A DNA stretch of 64,000 nucleotides. It comes from Lama guanicoe. Lineage: Eukaryota. The translations under genes were made by a program, and so were the position numbers. How positions within the stretch are numbered: the first letter of the stretch is position 1; every line of letters starts with the position of its first letter. Positions 14,790 through 29,400 of this stretch are shown one piece after another. A model generated the notes under the pieces. It was not told where the DNA came from. It made no database searches and saw only the letters and a program-made list of their open reading frames with translations. The stretch is taken from the NCBI GenBank assembly GCA_013239625.1, contig MU053859.1, positions 62,001 to 126,000 of the forward strand, read 5' to 3'.

Positions 14790-15530
14790 ACAGAAGTAAT
14801 GGCCAAAATCTCCCAAATTTTATGAAAACATTAATCTACAGATCCAACAAGGTCAATGCACTTCTAGTCTGAATTCAAAGTGATCCACTATTCGATACAT
14901 TATAATCAAATAATCCAACACAATAACAAAGAGGGAATCTTGAATGCAGCAAGAGAGAAGTGACTGTTGACATAAGATTAATAGCTGATTTTTCATTAGA
15001 AAACATGTAGGCCAGAAGGCAACGGAATGACATGTTCAGAATCCAAGTTCCTGAAAAGACTGTCAACCAAGAATTGCACATCCATAAAACTATTTTTCAC
15101 AAATAAAGGAGAAAGTAAGATGTTCCCTGATAAATAAAAACTAAGAGAAGTAGTTGCTTGCAAGCCTATCCTATAAGAATGCTAAAGAGAGTCTTTCAGG
15201 TTGAAATGAAAGAACACTATATATTAACTTGAATTTGCATGAAAAAATGAAGACAGTTGTTAATGATAAAGATGTGGGTAAAAATAAAAGCGAGTATAAA
15301 TGTATTTTATATTTATAACTACATTTCTCATATCTTATGTTAAAAAATTACATAAAGCAATAATTGTACATTTGTATGAATGTATAATTTATAAATTTGT
15401 GTAGATGTTTAATGTTTACATATGTAATTTGTAGAACAATAATCCAAAGTAGGGGAAGAGAACAAAGCTATGTAAGAGCAAAGCTTTTGGATACTATTGA
15501 AAGTAAGTTTGTATTAATCTGAACTTGTCT
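14790..15530 (+). mobile_element. Ancient L1 ORF1/inter-ORF continuation
   Basis: gtaatggccaaaatctcccaaattttatgaaaacattaatctacagatccaa; gccagaaggcaacggaatgacat. Confidence 0.7.
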
Positions 15531-18500
15531 TAAGTTTGTTTGTCTCGTCCATTTCTGTATCTGCAGTACCGATTTCAGTGTTTGACCCAAAGGCGGTGCC
15601 CATTTAAGTATTTGTTGAATGAATGAGTGCAACTCAGTTAAACCCAGCAACTTCTCAAGTACATCCATTAATGGCAGTTTATCTTCAAATTGCATCCACG
15701 TATGACCTCCTACCTAAGCTCTAACCCTTGTATCACAAGCTATGTTAAACCTCTTCATTTCAAGCTTTTACTACTGATAATGAACTAGCTTTGTTGTTTC
15801 CTTTTTATCTGATCTTGCTACTCCCCACCCACTTCCTAATCCTCTCTCACAGAAAACCTCTATGATGTTTGGACAATAGCACTTAAAGTCTTTTTTTTCA
15901 AGTTACTTGATGTGGTCTTAAAATTTCCTGTTAGGAGACTAAGATAAACGTAAGGAACATAAAGTTCCTGAGCTTGACTCTGAAGATCAGCAAAGAAGAT
16001 TTCTTTTTGACAAATCTTTTTCAGTCATTGCAGGTCGTTCTGCTTTCCTACCCTGGGGGCAATTCCTCCCTTCATCCTTCCTAGGAGAAATTAGAGTTTA
16101 TTCAGGCTCTTCCATGTGGCCATGGTGTTTCAAGGGGCAGTAGATACAGTCCTTTAACTCAGAAGTTAAACCCTCCTTGGTCTCCATAATCATGGTGCTA
16201 TCAATTCTTTGCCAGCAACCGGATTATAAAAAGACCAGTGAGGTGTAGTGCCTACCATTTGTGAAGCACCAACTTTAAGTGATGCACTATTTTAAGTGTT
16301 TTACATGTTAATTTTTGTTGCAACTACCTTGTATGATAAGTAGAAATATTATTTTCACTTTAAAGTTAATAAAACTGAGCAACAATGAAAATAATGGTAA
16401 TTTAATTATTCTAGATTTGATATCCCTCAATAAAGGGGAAGTGCCTAGATGACCAGAAATAGACTTTCTCCAAGACGGGCAGCATCAAGGCTAGAACACT
16501 GAAATTACTAAGGGTTCTGGTCCATGTGTGAAGAACCTGAGAAAAGATGGTGACTGGAATGTGAGTTATCTCCAAGCAGGAAGAAACGAAGGAAGTAGGA
16601 AGCCTGGGGATAGAAGGTTATTTCAAAGGGTATGAAAATAACAATGGCCTGAACAGGGCTGGAGAAACAGAGATGCTTACAAAGTTCCAGCAAATTCCCA
16701 CGGACAGATTGCTTTCACTCCATCTCAGCAGGAGTGAAAGATTAAATATTAGGGAATCTAAGCTATATATTTGTGTCTTCAATTTCAGAAACTAAAGAGG
16801 AAAGGAACTCTTACTGCCTATCTTGTAGACATTAAAAGGCTAATAGAAGCATGTAACGAACCAACAAATTCAATAATTTAAAAGGCCAAAATCCTTGCAA
16901 TTGCAACTTAAAACGACACAAGGATAAGAAGAAAATATCTATTAAAGAAACTGAAGTTGTCATCAAAAACCTTCCCTTAAAAAAAAAAACAAAAAACAAG
17001 GAGCAAGAAACCTGAAGGCCCAGATGATTCCATGGGTTAACTCTTTTAAACCCTCAAAGAAATGAGCATTGCAAACATAAACTTTTTCAGAAAAATAGTG
17101 GATTTGGAAACACTACCAAACTTGACCTATAAGACAAGCTCTTGACTGAATGGAAGATTTTAGGAATATTAGTCAGAGAGGAGACCCTGGGGAAGCACAT
17201 ACTAGGCTCCTTTCAATAGAAAAATAGAAAAATTTTAACTCACATCTGTGAAACAGGTGAGAAGTACCATAAGGGAAATCTATAGTATTGGCGGAAAAAG
17301 AAATAGTAAGGATATTACATATATTTCGTTAAAAGATGATTAAGATGTGGTTACAATGTATGCTTGGAAATATTTTATATGTTATGTTTGGAAGAACTAG
17401 GAAGCATAAACCTGTTTTGGTTAATAAGTTCTATGAGATTACTAGCTACATAAATGGTACCATCTTTTCATCTTTTCATTAGTTCAGTCATCTTTATTGC
17501 CTCTCCATCACAGTTTACATTTTCTAAGTTATCAAGATCTTCTTACCAGCTCTTTTCAGTGTTTCCTCACATACATACTCTTCCTTACATCCTATTAATC
17601 ATCTCACATATAGGATAATGTAATGATATAACTTACTAACTTCTTTCTACCTTCAGTTTCTGCCCACTTCATCCTATTCCTCTGAGAAATATCCCCTACA
17701 TCTGTAGCCTGAAATGGTCTATTTTTTCCAATAGACTCATTAAACTAAACCATTCATTTAGCAAACACCATTATGACATATTTCTATCACTGCCCTACCT
17801 GCTACTTTAATTCCATCGTATTTAAATTTGTGGGCTTATTTCTCCTGGCGATGTTGTCAGGTCTTAGAGGACTATCGCTAGGTTACAAATGTCTCTGTGT
17901 CCCTCACAGTACATCCACGACAGAGCTTGGGACCCCGTAAAAAATAAAAATAAAATATACTTGTTCTAGGATTGATTTATTAACAAGTGGCACATTAGTG
18001 TTTCAGGCAATGGAAGCATTGCTCTCCATAGAAAGCGGAGAACTCAATGCAGCTCTCTTTCCCATAATGAGTTTCCGACTGCCGTAGGTTTGCACGGACA
18101 AAAGACACAGCTATGAAGCCCAGTTTTATAGAGTACAGCTTCTGCTATCTTTGTTCTCTCAGTCCTGGACAATCATTTTACCTACAGAAGCAAATGTGCC
18201 TTTTTCTTAAGCTTGCCTAACCATCCTACATATTTGTCACAGAGGTTTTCTTTTGTTGTTGTTGTTCCAATCTTGAAACTACAGTCCATGAAAAAGAGAT
18301 TTTACCTGCATTGGAACCCACCTTTGTGTTGCCTCTTCCATTTAACAGTCTTTGTTATATTTGTCTTAACACAGCAACAGAAATGATTAGCCATTTTGAG
18401 TCAGTCATTAAAATCTCCTCGTAAGCAGAGTTCACTTCTAGTCCAACTAGTCCATTGTATTTGTCATAAATCTTTTGATGATCACTCGTTTTTCATAGAT

Positions 18501-19317
18501 CACCAACTTATTAGAGTTTTTAATATAATCCTTGATCTTAAAAAAGCGTGGTTTAAAAAGCAGCTATAAATCTTGTATTTATAGTCCTTAAATAATTTGA
18601 TTGCATAATAAATTCCTCGTTGCCTAACGTGAGGGCAGTGATCTTGCGGTGTGGAAACAGAGCAACAGTCACAGCGCCACAGACAAAGGCGGTATGCAAC
18701 ACAACAGTTGAAAATATGGGTTCAAATACCATATTGTTAAAATATCCTTCTAATGAGTAAATTTATTTATTTAATTGAGGTAAAAAATCTGTTGTGTTTG
18801 TTTCAGTGCAGTGTTCACAACCCAAATGGAGCTGGCTGAATAAATTAATTCAGTAATTACTGAATTACATGTGAAAAGTTAAAAGCAGCTTGTGTTTTTT
18901 AAAATATTTCTCATGCTTTCCCTATCACTGTTCTTTGTCACCTTACAATTTCTTCCTTATCATAAAACTTATTTTTAAATATAGATTTATGCCATATAAC
19001 TGAAGTATTTCTCTAGCAATGTATCGATATTGTTAAGACATTTAAAAGGAAAGATATTATGCAAAAGAATTAGGAAGATAAACCATTCACAGAAATGGGG
19101 AATACGGATGCGTTATGCAGAACAATATGAGATGGAAAAAGAAAATAAAATTAGTAGTTAAGTAGCAACTTCAGTGGACAAGAAACAAAAATTATGGGCT
19201 TGGCAATCAAGGATAATTAGTTTTGAGGTGGCTTTTTAAAAACAGCCAAATAAAGTCCAATATTGAATACAGTGAGGAACATTGTCTCCATGAATTATAG
19301 ATAACAGATACATTCAC

Positions 19318-19410
19318 TTTTTTTTTTTCTTTTATGGCGGTCCTGGGGATTGAACCTAGGACCTTGTGCATGCTAAGCATGCACTCTATCACTGAACTAT
19401 TCTTCACCCT
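19318..19410 (-). mobile_element. tRNA-derived SINE, same family as 58525
   Basis: Poly-T then ctggggattgaacctaggacc...gcatgctaagcatgcactctatcactgaacta, the reverse complement of the SINE body. Confidence 0.85.
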
Positions 19411-19699
19411 ATATTCACTTTCAAAATGACATTAAATGTGTGTAATTGTGTGCTTCTGTACAGGAAAATATGGTAGGAGAAAAGGGAGAGGCTGATTTTT
19501 CCCAAAGCAAGGGACTTTTAACTTATGTTGCTGTAAAAAATACCATTTTGAAATACAACATCTTTTTTTTTATCATAAACACAAAGTTAGTCTGGATAAA
19601 CATTATAATAATACCAAATCGTTGTCAGTTTGCTTTTCGCATGTATGTCTGCAGTCCATGAAGATGTGTATGATGTCACAGGGACCAAGTTAGTATTTT

Positions 19700-20365
19700 T
19701 TTTTTCTCAAATGGACATACAATGTCCCAGCACATTTGTTGGAAAGAGCATCACCTAGTCAATGCCCTGCCACATCATTTGTGCATAAAATAGTCTCTCC
19801 GTGTGAGTATCTCTATCTGCTCCGTATACCAACTTTTCTGTCTGTACCATGACATCACACTCTCTAAACTGCAGGTCTACAACTACTGATGGCTGGCAGA
19901 GCAGGTCTTCCAGTCCTGCTCTTTGTGAAGAGCCCTTGATCACTTGCAGACATTTGAAGAATTAGGTAAACTTAGCACCCGTTTGCCAACTTTCATTTAA
20001 AAATTAGTTTATTAAGATTTTTGAGGGATTTTGAGGATTGCAGCAAACTTAGAAATCAATTTGAGAAGAATGGGCAAGCTTACAATATTAAGCTCTCTAA
20101 TCCTTAAACATGCTATATTTATTATTTGTGCCAATATTTCATAGTTTTGTTACATGTCTTTTGCTAGACATATTCCTCAATATTTGACTTTTTGATACAG
20201 TTGAAATTGTCTCTTAAAAATTTATTTCATAACTTTTTATATTAGTTTATATAAATTCAAGTATTTAGATTATATTTCCATCTACTATCAAGAAAATTGC
20301 CTAAACGGTCTTGAAAATTCTAATAGTTTATCTAACAGTTTATAGATTTGTTGGAGTTTCTTATG
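19700..20365 (-). mobile_element. Ancient L1 ORF2 fragment
   Basis: atggacatacaatgtcccagcacatttgttggaaag; atcaatttgagaagaatgg. Confidence 0.6.
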
Positions 20366-21074
20366 CACCAAAAATTTATGAACCTACCTGTGAGATGATG
20401 AAGTATTTTCCCTGTGCTTCTCATTAAGTCCAAAAAACCCCTGGGTATTACATATAAAACAACCATAAAAAGAATGGAAGATGGTGGGCATAAGGCTGAC
20501 GGGAGGACTCAAGAACTAGAAGGACGGTACAATGGTCAGTTCCCTGGGTTTTCTTTTTGTCTCGTTTATCCCAGACACAGAGGTGAAGAACCCAGCAACA
20601 CAGAAATGCCAACCAGTGCAAACAGTAAAATGTCCACACCACTAAACCCTGCTCCACCAAAAAAACAAAAACAAAAAACCAAACTGGAAAAGGGAAGTCT
20701 AGCAAAGCAGAAAAACTTTCCTTAATAACTTAAATTGTCAAGTATGATAGCTTAAAATTCTTTATAATGCACTATTATGACTTTTCATGCCTACCTTGGC
20801 CTCTCCCAATTTCTAACAAATTCTCTTTTACAAGCTCCATTTTTCTTTCCTGACTTCTTGCTTCAGTAAAGTCCAATCCAATCCATAGGAAATGTTTCAA
20901 TACATTTGAACTTCAAATTGGGCAGAGGAACGGTGATAATCCTGGAATGTCTTCTATTTGGAGATTTTCCTCTCCCTGTGTAAGTCATGCAGGTAGCTCC
21001 ACAGGAGGAGGGATAAGCAGTTTTGTTCAAAGCCATTGTGAATCTATCAAGATTCAAATACATATAGATATATA

Positions 21075-21192
21075 TATATTTTTAATTGAAGGGTAGTCAG
21101 TGACAGTGTGTCAGTTTCTCGTGTACAGCACCATGTCCCAGTCATGCTTATCCACGCATATATTTGTTTTCATATTCTTTTTTATTAAAGGA
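21075..21192 (-). mobile_element. Short L1 3' tip
   Basis: ttaattgaagggtagtcagtgacagtgtgtcagtttctcgtgtacagc. Confidence 0.7.
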
Positions 21193-21439
21193 TATATTCT
21201 TTTAATCACTTAGTGACACAGGCCCTCACCTATCTAAAATTTCTATATGTTTCTTTTACCATTTCAACACTATTGTTTTTGAGAATATCCTCCTAAAAAT
21301 GTTCTACACGTAAGAAACCTCAAATTAACTTACATAAAGTACTAGGGTGTGGTTAAGCACCACAGCTCATCTTGGGCATAGTTTTTCTATATCTTTTCCT
21401 TTCAAAAACAGATTTTTTTTAGAATCTAAGTCTCTGTAT

Positions 21440-22110
21440 CCATGAGCACGGTATTTTACCTTCACTTCCTCAAGTCAGGAAGAAGAAACACACCAGCTCA
21501 GACTTTCCAACCCAACTCACTTCTGCGTTTGAGGAGATGTTCCACCAAAGAGGAAAATTAGAAAGTTCAAAGAATCAATTCAAAGAGAAGAGAAGGTTGG
21601 AAAGTGCTTAGAGCTGGAAATTCCCCACTGACTTACTCACGGTTACCTCGGCTAGCCCTTTACCGTAACCAATCGGAGCGCACACACACATCTGTGATTT
21701 AAAAATAATTTTACCAATTTGCATAATATGTATTAACTCGGTAAGTGAGACATTACACAAATTCCCCAAAAGACTAAAAACTGTTCAGAAGCCTAATTCA
21801 CCCCTTGAAAGGAAAAAAAGAAAAAGAAAAAAAAAAAAAGAAATTAAAAAAAAAAAAAGGAAAAGGATGAACAGGTTGTGTCCGGAAACCGTCTCAGGTT
21901 TGAATCTTGCGGTCCCCCGCGCATCCTGCAGAGCCGCTGCCTGATAAGGACTGTATATCCTGTCTTCTCTGTATCACTTTGCATGCAGCTCACATTACTT
22001 CATTTCCTTTCCGGAACCTTCGCCCGGATTCTTCATATAAGGTCAAACACGAGGCAGAGCTGCGGTGAGTTCGAGCGGCTTCTACCAACTTCGTCCAGGC
22101 ACTGATTTCT
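21440..22110. promoter_or_regulatory. Candidate CD69 upstream enhancer (position fits the conserved CNS2-type element), ~4.4 kb upstream
   Basis: CpG-retaining non-repeat sequence with NF-kB GGAAATTCCCC 21616, octamer ATTTGCAT 21717, ETS CCGGAA 21882 and 22011, RUNX TGCGGT 21908 and 22061, GATA TGATAA 21942, CACGAG 22048. Confidence 0.6.
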
Positions 22111-23379
22111 CTAAGCCTCCCTTTTCTCAAGTGAACTGTGAAATGTTAATGATAGTCTTAGCCCCGCGGATAGCCCTTAATGTTTTCATTTATTATTTAT
22201 GAAATAAAACAGCAAGTATGTCTGAAAAAGTTGCAAGTTATATATAAGGAGATTGGAAAGAGTTTATTGGCACAAGCTGTGCTGCTTTAGTTTTCTTTAT
22301 GCGTTTCTTTGCTTTAGAGAATTGAATTCATCAGAGCTGACCACACAGGAAGTTGGCTTCCATATTTAGATGAATGAGGAGCAACCGAAAAACCCTTTTG
22401 ACCCCAAAACCTCTCCCATGCTGCAGCCTGACCCTCTGCACTTGGCTTTGTCCTATTTAGTGTAATTTCACGTGTGAAATAACCTCCTTGGATTTAAGAA
22501 ATACTGATTATTAATACAAACATATAATTCATTGTACATGGGAAGACGCTCTTGCCAGTGAAATGGCAGGCTTTTAATTACATTGGGACAAGAGGAATCA
22601 ACCAGGACTGGGCTGGGCAACCCCTCCCTATTCACTGTTCATGCCTCTGCAGGAATTACGTTGACTGATTTCTCAAATCTAAGGCAGATTTCTTACGTTA
22701 AAAAAAAAAAGTGACGGTAGCAGGGGAGGGAGGATTAATAAGGAAATAATTTTACAATAAAGTTCAAGCTGTTGAGGAGGACTTGAATAGCGTGAGGGTC
22801 ACTGGACACCTCAAAGGCCCACTGATAACAGCAGTGCTGGCTAATCTGGCTGGTTTTTGCAGTGTCAAGTGCTGATTTCAGCAAAACACTTTGGCTGCTC
22901 ACATAAAGACAAGTAGAGAAAAATCTGGTACAAAGGTAATAGACTTTGATCAATATTATAATGTTTATTTTTTATTTTCATGAAACATCTAGACATCATT
23001 TTTCTGTATCCAATGTCATACATATATACATATAATATATGTAATATATATGCATATGTTTATATACTTAGACATATATAAATGTATCTACATAATATCC
23101 ATTCACTTGTTATTATCTCTTAACAACTTACACCAAATGAGGAATCTTCCTTTCTCATGACCTGAATCAAACTGTTCTTCCTTTATAGATCATTAAATAC
23201 CTAATATATACAAACACTGAGGTAGAAAACTAATTTTCTCATTTATGATGTTTTCTTTATGGAAAAGAAAGTTAGAAGTTGGATGCTAATGTTTCCACTT
23301 CATATCTAACAAAGCCAAAGTTCAGTGGCATTAGCTTTCCCAAAGCTGCACAGGTAACAGATGCTCATGTACATCATTT

Positions 23380-25230
23380 CCATTCAGCAAATATTCATTG
23401 AACTCCTTCTGTGTTCTAAGCCCTGCCATAGGTACTAGAGATACACTGTTGATAAGATGGCCATGTCCCTGCTCTTAAAGACCTTACTTCCCAGTAAGGG
23501 AAATAAATGATAATTTCAAAACCATGTATTTTGTATAAAAATGAACTGCAAAGTTCCAGATGATGAGTGATCTATAAACTAAAAGACTGAGGTAAAAATT
23601 GAAACTATGGGAGGTAGTTTGTGTAGGTAGTCACAGAAGGTTTTATTGAGCTGGTGACATGAAAGGTGAATGGAAATGAGAAGAAAGTTAGCCCTGAATA
23701 ATCTGAGAACAGAGGGAACAAGAGCAAGAGCACATTCGATAAAATGAAAACAAGTTTAGGTCTTTCAAGGATCAGAGTGAAGGTCAGCGCAGATGGCCCA
23801 TGAGGAGTAAGAGGGAACAATGTGTCTGTAAAACCTACACTATTTTCATATCGTTAACCTGCCTAACTGTTCTGAAATATTCAAACTTCAAAAGTAGTTG
23901 GTGTCCAGCTAAGAAAATAGTTTCTCACTTATATGGGAATCATCAGAGGGGCAAACATACATTGGAAAATGGTATAAGTGGATGATGATTTCTGTGTTAT
24001 TCCAATAAGCTGTTGAAAAGCCCCACTTTGCTTGTGGAAAAGACACATAGCATTATCAGTGTGTGATTAACAGATAAGAATTACCAGTGTGCGTAAGGAT
24101 ATTTTCTTTCCCTATTCCCTGCAGACTTGAAAGAGTTCATTTGTCCAGATTTAGAATGGTGACATTATCTTGTGCATTCTTCACAACATGGTGTGTGTAA
24201 TTAGTGTCAGAATGTGGGCATTAACCCAGATTCCCAATTCTAGGAAGATAAACATTTAAAAGTTCTAAGTTGCTTTAACCCAAAGAAATTGACAAAAATA
24301 TCAGTGATCCCCTTAAGTACCAAACTTAACTCCCCCTTCGTCATTCATCAGCAGTATCCAATGTGCACTTGCTGCCCAGAGGCAGTCTAAAGTCCTATAT
24401 TTCTCAGCCCTACAATCCCGCTCACCTCCCTGAGTAGCACTCTATATTCTGGAACGTCTATGTTTTCTGTACATACCCTTTAACTCATATTTATGTAATC
24501 GCTCATTCAACAAGTATGTACCCAGTACATACTAGGTTCCAGTTACTATGTCAGATGTTCGAGACACAGAGACAAGTCAGAAGAAGTCCTTGACCCCAAA
24601 GAGCTTACAATCCAGCACGGAAAGCAGATGATCAACAGCAATATAATATCAGATCTTGCTTGACAAGTGATGTAGAGAAAGGTAAGGCATGTGGAGGCAT
24701 AGAGAGCGAGGTTCTATCTTATTTATAGAAGGCAAGAGAAGACATCGCTGGGTAGATGACAGCTGAACAGCAAGTGACTTGATTTAAAGGAAGAGCAAGA
24801 TACGCAGGTAGATGGAGTAAGAAACTTTTAGAGAAAATGCATGAGCCTGCAGCGGGAGTCTGCTTGGCATTTTTGTGAAACAGCAAAGAAGCTGCTGTTG
24901 TGGGGGGGGGCAGTGGCTGTCATAGGGGAAATGGCAGGAGAGGTACCCAGGGGCCTGCTCATGGATAAAGCCTTCTCAAACATGTGAGAAGGCCTTTGGA
25001 TTGTAAGGCAGTTTTGATTAGAAGACTTTTAGAGTGGGTGAATGGAAGAATGGGACGTCTCACCAAAATGATATCATTTAATTATAAAACAACCCCCGTA
25101 GCAGCTGTGTGGGAACACATACCGGAATTGACTGAAAAACAGAGTGGAAGCAGAGACAGGGTTAGGACCAACATGTATCTCTTCTTATCTTAGGTAAACA
25201 AATATGATGGTCTAACTGGCCTACACTAGA
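23380..25230. mobile_element. L2 fragments (23380-23820, 24500-25230)
   Basis: cattcagcaaatattcattgaactcc and tcattcaacaagtatgtacccag termini. Confidence 0.6.
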
Positions 25231-26069
25231 CGGTAATTTCCCAACCACTTAACCATAATATTTTCACAAAGACTTCATTCTGAAGACAGGATACCTGCAC
25301 TCTAAAGTGATATTAATGATAAAATCTAGGGCACTAAGTTTATTAACCGGAGTGGTATTTTGATCCCCTCCTTAAATTACAATACACAGACATTCTGCAT
25401 TCATTTTGTGTTGACCGTAATAACGTATCTGTATGACACTGATACTGGAATGATATATATTTTTATAGTAATCATATCCAAATGTTGAAAGTGTCAGAGA
25501 TATTTGAAAAGAATAATCTACCAGATAGGAGAAAAATAGAAGAATACAATATTACTGAGGGGGAAAAAGGCAGTCTAAATGACAGTAAAATATGACAAGA
25601 ATATTAGCAGGAGATAAATGAAACAGATAATTTAAGATAAACAGTTTTCGAGCATAAAAAGGAAGTTCCAGCCACAAGGTTTCTATTTCCTGCGGTAAAG
25701 CAACTACTTACTAAATGATACCTTAAAAAAAAGACTAGTCCCCAGGGAAGAAGTGAGTGACATATTTCTGAAAGCCGATTTGTAACTTGCTAAGTAAAAC
25801 TTTTCCAGCCTGGAGAGCAAGTCATGAGAATAGAGCCCTTAAATTTCTTCTTCAACAATAAATCTAACCCCAGATAGTATCAAGTTCATAGTAGATGTTC
25901 AATAAACGCCAGTTGTCAAATGTATGAGTGCATGAATGAATGAGATTCCAGGGTAATATTACTCCCCAAATTGTTTCCATCTCAAAAATAGGAATCCCTA
26001 ACTTTTAATTCTTTACTTAGATATTCTGTTTCCTAAACTATTTGTTTTCTACAAATTTAAGAAAGGATA

Positions 26070-26393
26070 TCTCAGATTCCGGGAAAACCCCACTTGCCTC
26101 TCCAGGCTGCACCTACAGTTGTGAGAAAGCACATTTCAGACAGCAGGGGAAACCCGTAGCTCATCACAACAACACATTGTAAACTGTCTGGACCACTGGA
26201 GCATAAATTAAAGAGAACTGGAGTAGCTGAGTGACTAGGAGGCGAGAGGAAGGGGGTGGAGACAACGTAACTGAATATAAATGCTGAGACACCCCAAAGA
26301 CTCAGAGACTGAGCAGGTGCTCCGGCAAAGACCTTCACTGCAGATTGGCTTGACCTGGAAGTAACCAAGGGATCGACTGAGACAAGGATAAAG
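26070..26393 (+). promoter_or_regulatory. CD69 proximal promoter and 5' UTR
   Basis: NF-kB-like GGGAAAACCCC (26081-26091) and GGGGAAACCC (26146-26155), G-rich box aggaagggggtgg (~26247-26259), TATAAA at 26276-26281, about 115 bp before the ATG. Confidence 0.8.
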
Positions 26394-26457
26394 ATGACTT
26401 CTGAAGACTGTTCCATAATGGAGACCAGCTCCTTGCATCTGAATAAAGAACGACAAA
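26394..26457 (+). CDS. CD69: CD69 exon 1 coding part (cytoplasmic N-terminus)
   Basis: aagATGact start; MTSEDCSIMETSSLHLNKERQ; phase-1 donor A|gtaagt at 26458. Confidence 0.93.
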
Positions 26458-29400
26458 GTAAGTCAGGTCTCATTCTTTATATACTGATAATACCTACATC
26501 TAAGTAGCTGACTCTCTATCTATGATGTATGACAGTAGTTAGGGGGGAAATGAAGCTTGGTTTTTGAAGAACTTGGTTACATTCTAGTTTAGTCGGGGTA
26601 AAGGAGAAAAATGGGAAAAGGTAAATATTTCTTTACCTACGAGAAGATGGAATACCTGAGACTTGAGTGGAAACCACAGGGTGAGTATCTGAAGACTTTT
26701 AAAGATCTGTTTCTCTGTTTTAGTTTATATCCTCTCAATGTTTCTGGTTTAACTAGGAAACTCCCTGCCCTAGCCCAGGGCACGTCCATCATTTTTCTGT
26801 ACCCATTTAGACATCCTCTAGGAAGCACTGCCTCTCTTTCTGGAAAATTCCATTTTCCACATAAACAATTGAATTCTTGATTGCCTTCACCTTGTACCCT
26901 TTGTGTGCTTCTGGTGTGCCTCGTCCCACGTTCTCATGACAGCGTCCTCCAGTTGCTGGAAACAAAGGTTGCCAATCTTTGACAGAATAGCCACATAGGC
27001 ATCTGACTATTAACAGTGTCCGATGATAATTTATTAGGACACTATCATGAAAAAGTTCTTGGAACTGCAATCTGCTTCTTCTATACTCTTTATGGGACTC
27101 ATTTCCTCCATTTTCTTCTTCTTTTTTATCCTTGTAATAACTGGCTTCAAATTCTACATGAACCAGGCATTTTTCTTCCTTAATTTAATTTTCATGGAAA
27201 TATGACCATCTCTGCTTTCTACCTTTTCCTCTTTCCTATTTGTCTATTCTGTCAATAGACCGTTCTATTTCCTGCTACCAGAATTTTCCCGTTGTTTTCC
27301 AATAACGTGTTTCTGTGAGGCTTTCATGATTTTTTTCATTGATCTCTCTCTTCTTTTCTAATGAAGGAGGTTCCCCAAACACTAGCATGTCCAAATTAGA
27401 GTTCACTTGTAAGCAAAACTATCCGGTAACAAAGGAATGTGTTGTGAACAGCAGAGCCAGAACAATCTAGAGGAAGGGGCTGTTTTCTGGGTATGTGTCT
27501 ACGAGAGTGGTTTGCTTTAGAAAATCATCAGTTAATGCTGATAAACTCATCTTTTACTTAAAAACACAAAATCAAGTGTGGTTAACAAGTGCAAGCCACA
27601 CAAAATTTTTGGTAACCAGATAACCATAACTTTACGACTCAGCTGAGATGCTCAAAAGAAAAAATTATACAGCAATAAGCCTGCTCAAAACCTAGCACAG
27701 TGGAAAGAAGGAGCTAATTTAGAAATTCTTAACTTTCCCTGAGATCATCCCAAATTTGTTGGGCATTTAATTTATGAATGTTTAATCTATGCCACTCTTG
27801 CACTGGCCCCATTAGGATGAACAAACATTGAGCTTCACCCTTGGGTCATTCAACACATGTTAGTGGATTTCTATTCTTTTCTCCATTAGTGGACAGGGCT
27901 GGTGATCAGAACGGAAGCATGCTCTTAAGGGAGTGTTTTGTCACCTGGGTGATAAATCAAACTGCGAGTAACAATAGCCCTCATTAATGGGTACAAAGTA
28001 TAGTGTGAGAGTCAGCTCCACAGCTTACCCACTGGATGAGCCAATAGTCTGAGCTGGGCTCTGGACTCCATGAGTTACTTGGATGCCCTGGTTCTTCCAA
28101 AGGAGCCAGGGCTGTTGCTGCATTGAATTTAAGCGGCATGATTGGGTCTCACGTGGTGAGAAGTGAAACTAGACAGAGAGTTCTGAACTTGCTGCCCTCG
28201 CTACCCAGGGCTGCTTCCGGTGACAGCTGTATGCCGGTAGAAAAAGGGAAGGTTCGCTTTAAGAAGCTGACAGACATAGAGCTAGATAGGAGTGAAGTCT
28301 AGTCTTCTCTTGCAAAATCTGAATCTTCCCCAGAAGATCTATGCTGGGAAAGGCAATCCTTAGAAGAAGCAAAAGTTGATGTTGACATCCAGTACATATA
28401 AATTACTATGAAAGAGAGCAACATCTCTTTGCCTAGTTCAACTTTAGAGCAATGTTATAAGGGAAAAAAAAATACATGAATTTCAAGTCATGTCCTATAT
28501 AGACCACCTTTTAAATTATGAAAGTCATCCACACTGAAAAACAGGATACTTTTGCATATGGAGACTATTTTTGTGGTAAGTTTTCATACCATTCAAGTAA
28601 CCATTTTACATTTCAGTTTTTGAGAACAGACTAGAGAACTGTATATTTCTTGTGAGGCCAAATTTTTAAAATTCTGATGGTTCATCCTAGCAAGATTCAA
28701 ACCCAAACCCTGAGTCACAAAATCTCGCTCTCTCTTCTCTCAATTATTCATTTGTATTCTAGCTTTGTTGTTATTGTTGTTTTGGTAACTAAGAATCATC
28801 ATTCACTTCATATTCATATTCTAAATCCTTCCACAAAAATATTTCTTACTGATGAAATGAAAGTTTTACTTTGTTTTAGGATTATACAAAGGGTAAGCTA
28901 AGAAATTGATTTCCACCCAATATTTGGTCTATAACTTACTGTTATATTTCCTCTATTATTTTAACTTCTCTTGGAAAATTCAAACATTTTACTTTTCACA
29001 TACAGATTTTTGTTATTAAGGTCTAGTTTACATACAATGTATGCACACATCATAAGTGTACAGTTTAATGAGTTATAACTACAACTCCAATCAACATTTG
29101 ACACTTTCTATCACTCTAAAAAGTTTCCCTGTGTTCCTTTCCAATCAAATTAGTTTTCAGATAAACCTAATAAAAGCACAAAAAAGCAATCAAGTTTTCT
29201 GATTTCTGACATCATAGCTTAATTCAGCTATTCTTGACTGTCATATAAATGAAAATACAGTACATAATTATGGCTGGATTTTTTTCACTCAACTTTTTTT
29301 TTTGAGATTCATGCATTTTGTTGCATGTATCAGTTTTTCCATTTTTTAAATTGCCGAGTAGAATTTCCTTGTATGGATATACTGTAATTTGTTTATCCAT

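Noticed and set aside
26072..26473. 133-aa antisense ORF over the CD69 promoter and exon 1
   Set aside because: No recognisable protein features; compatible with chance
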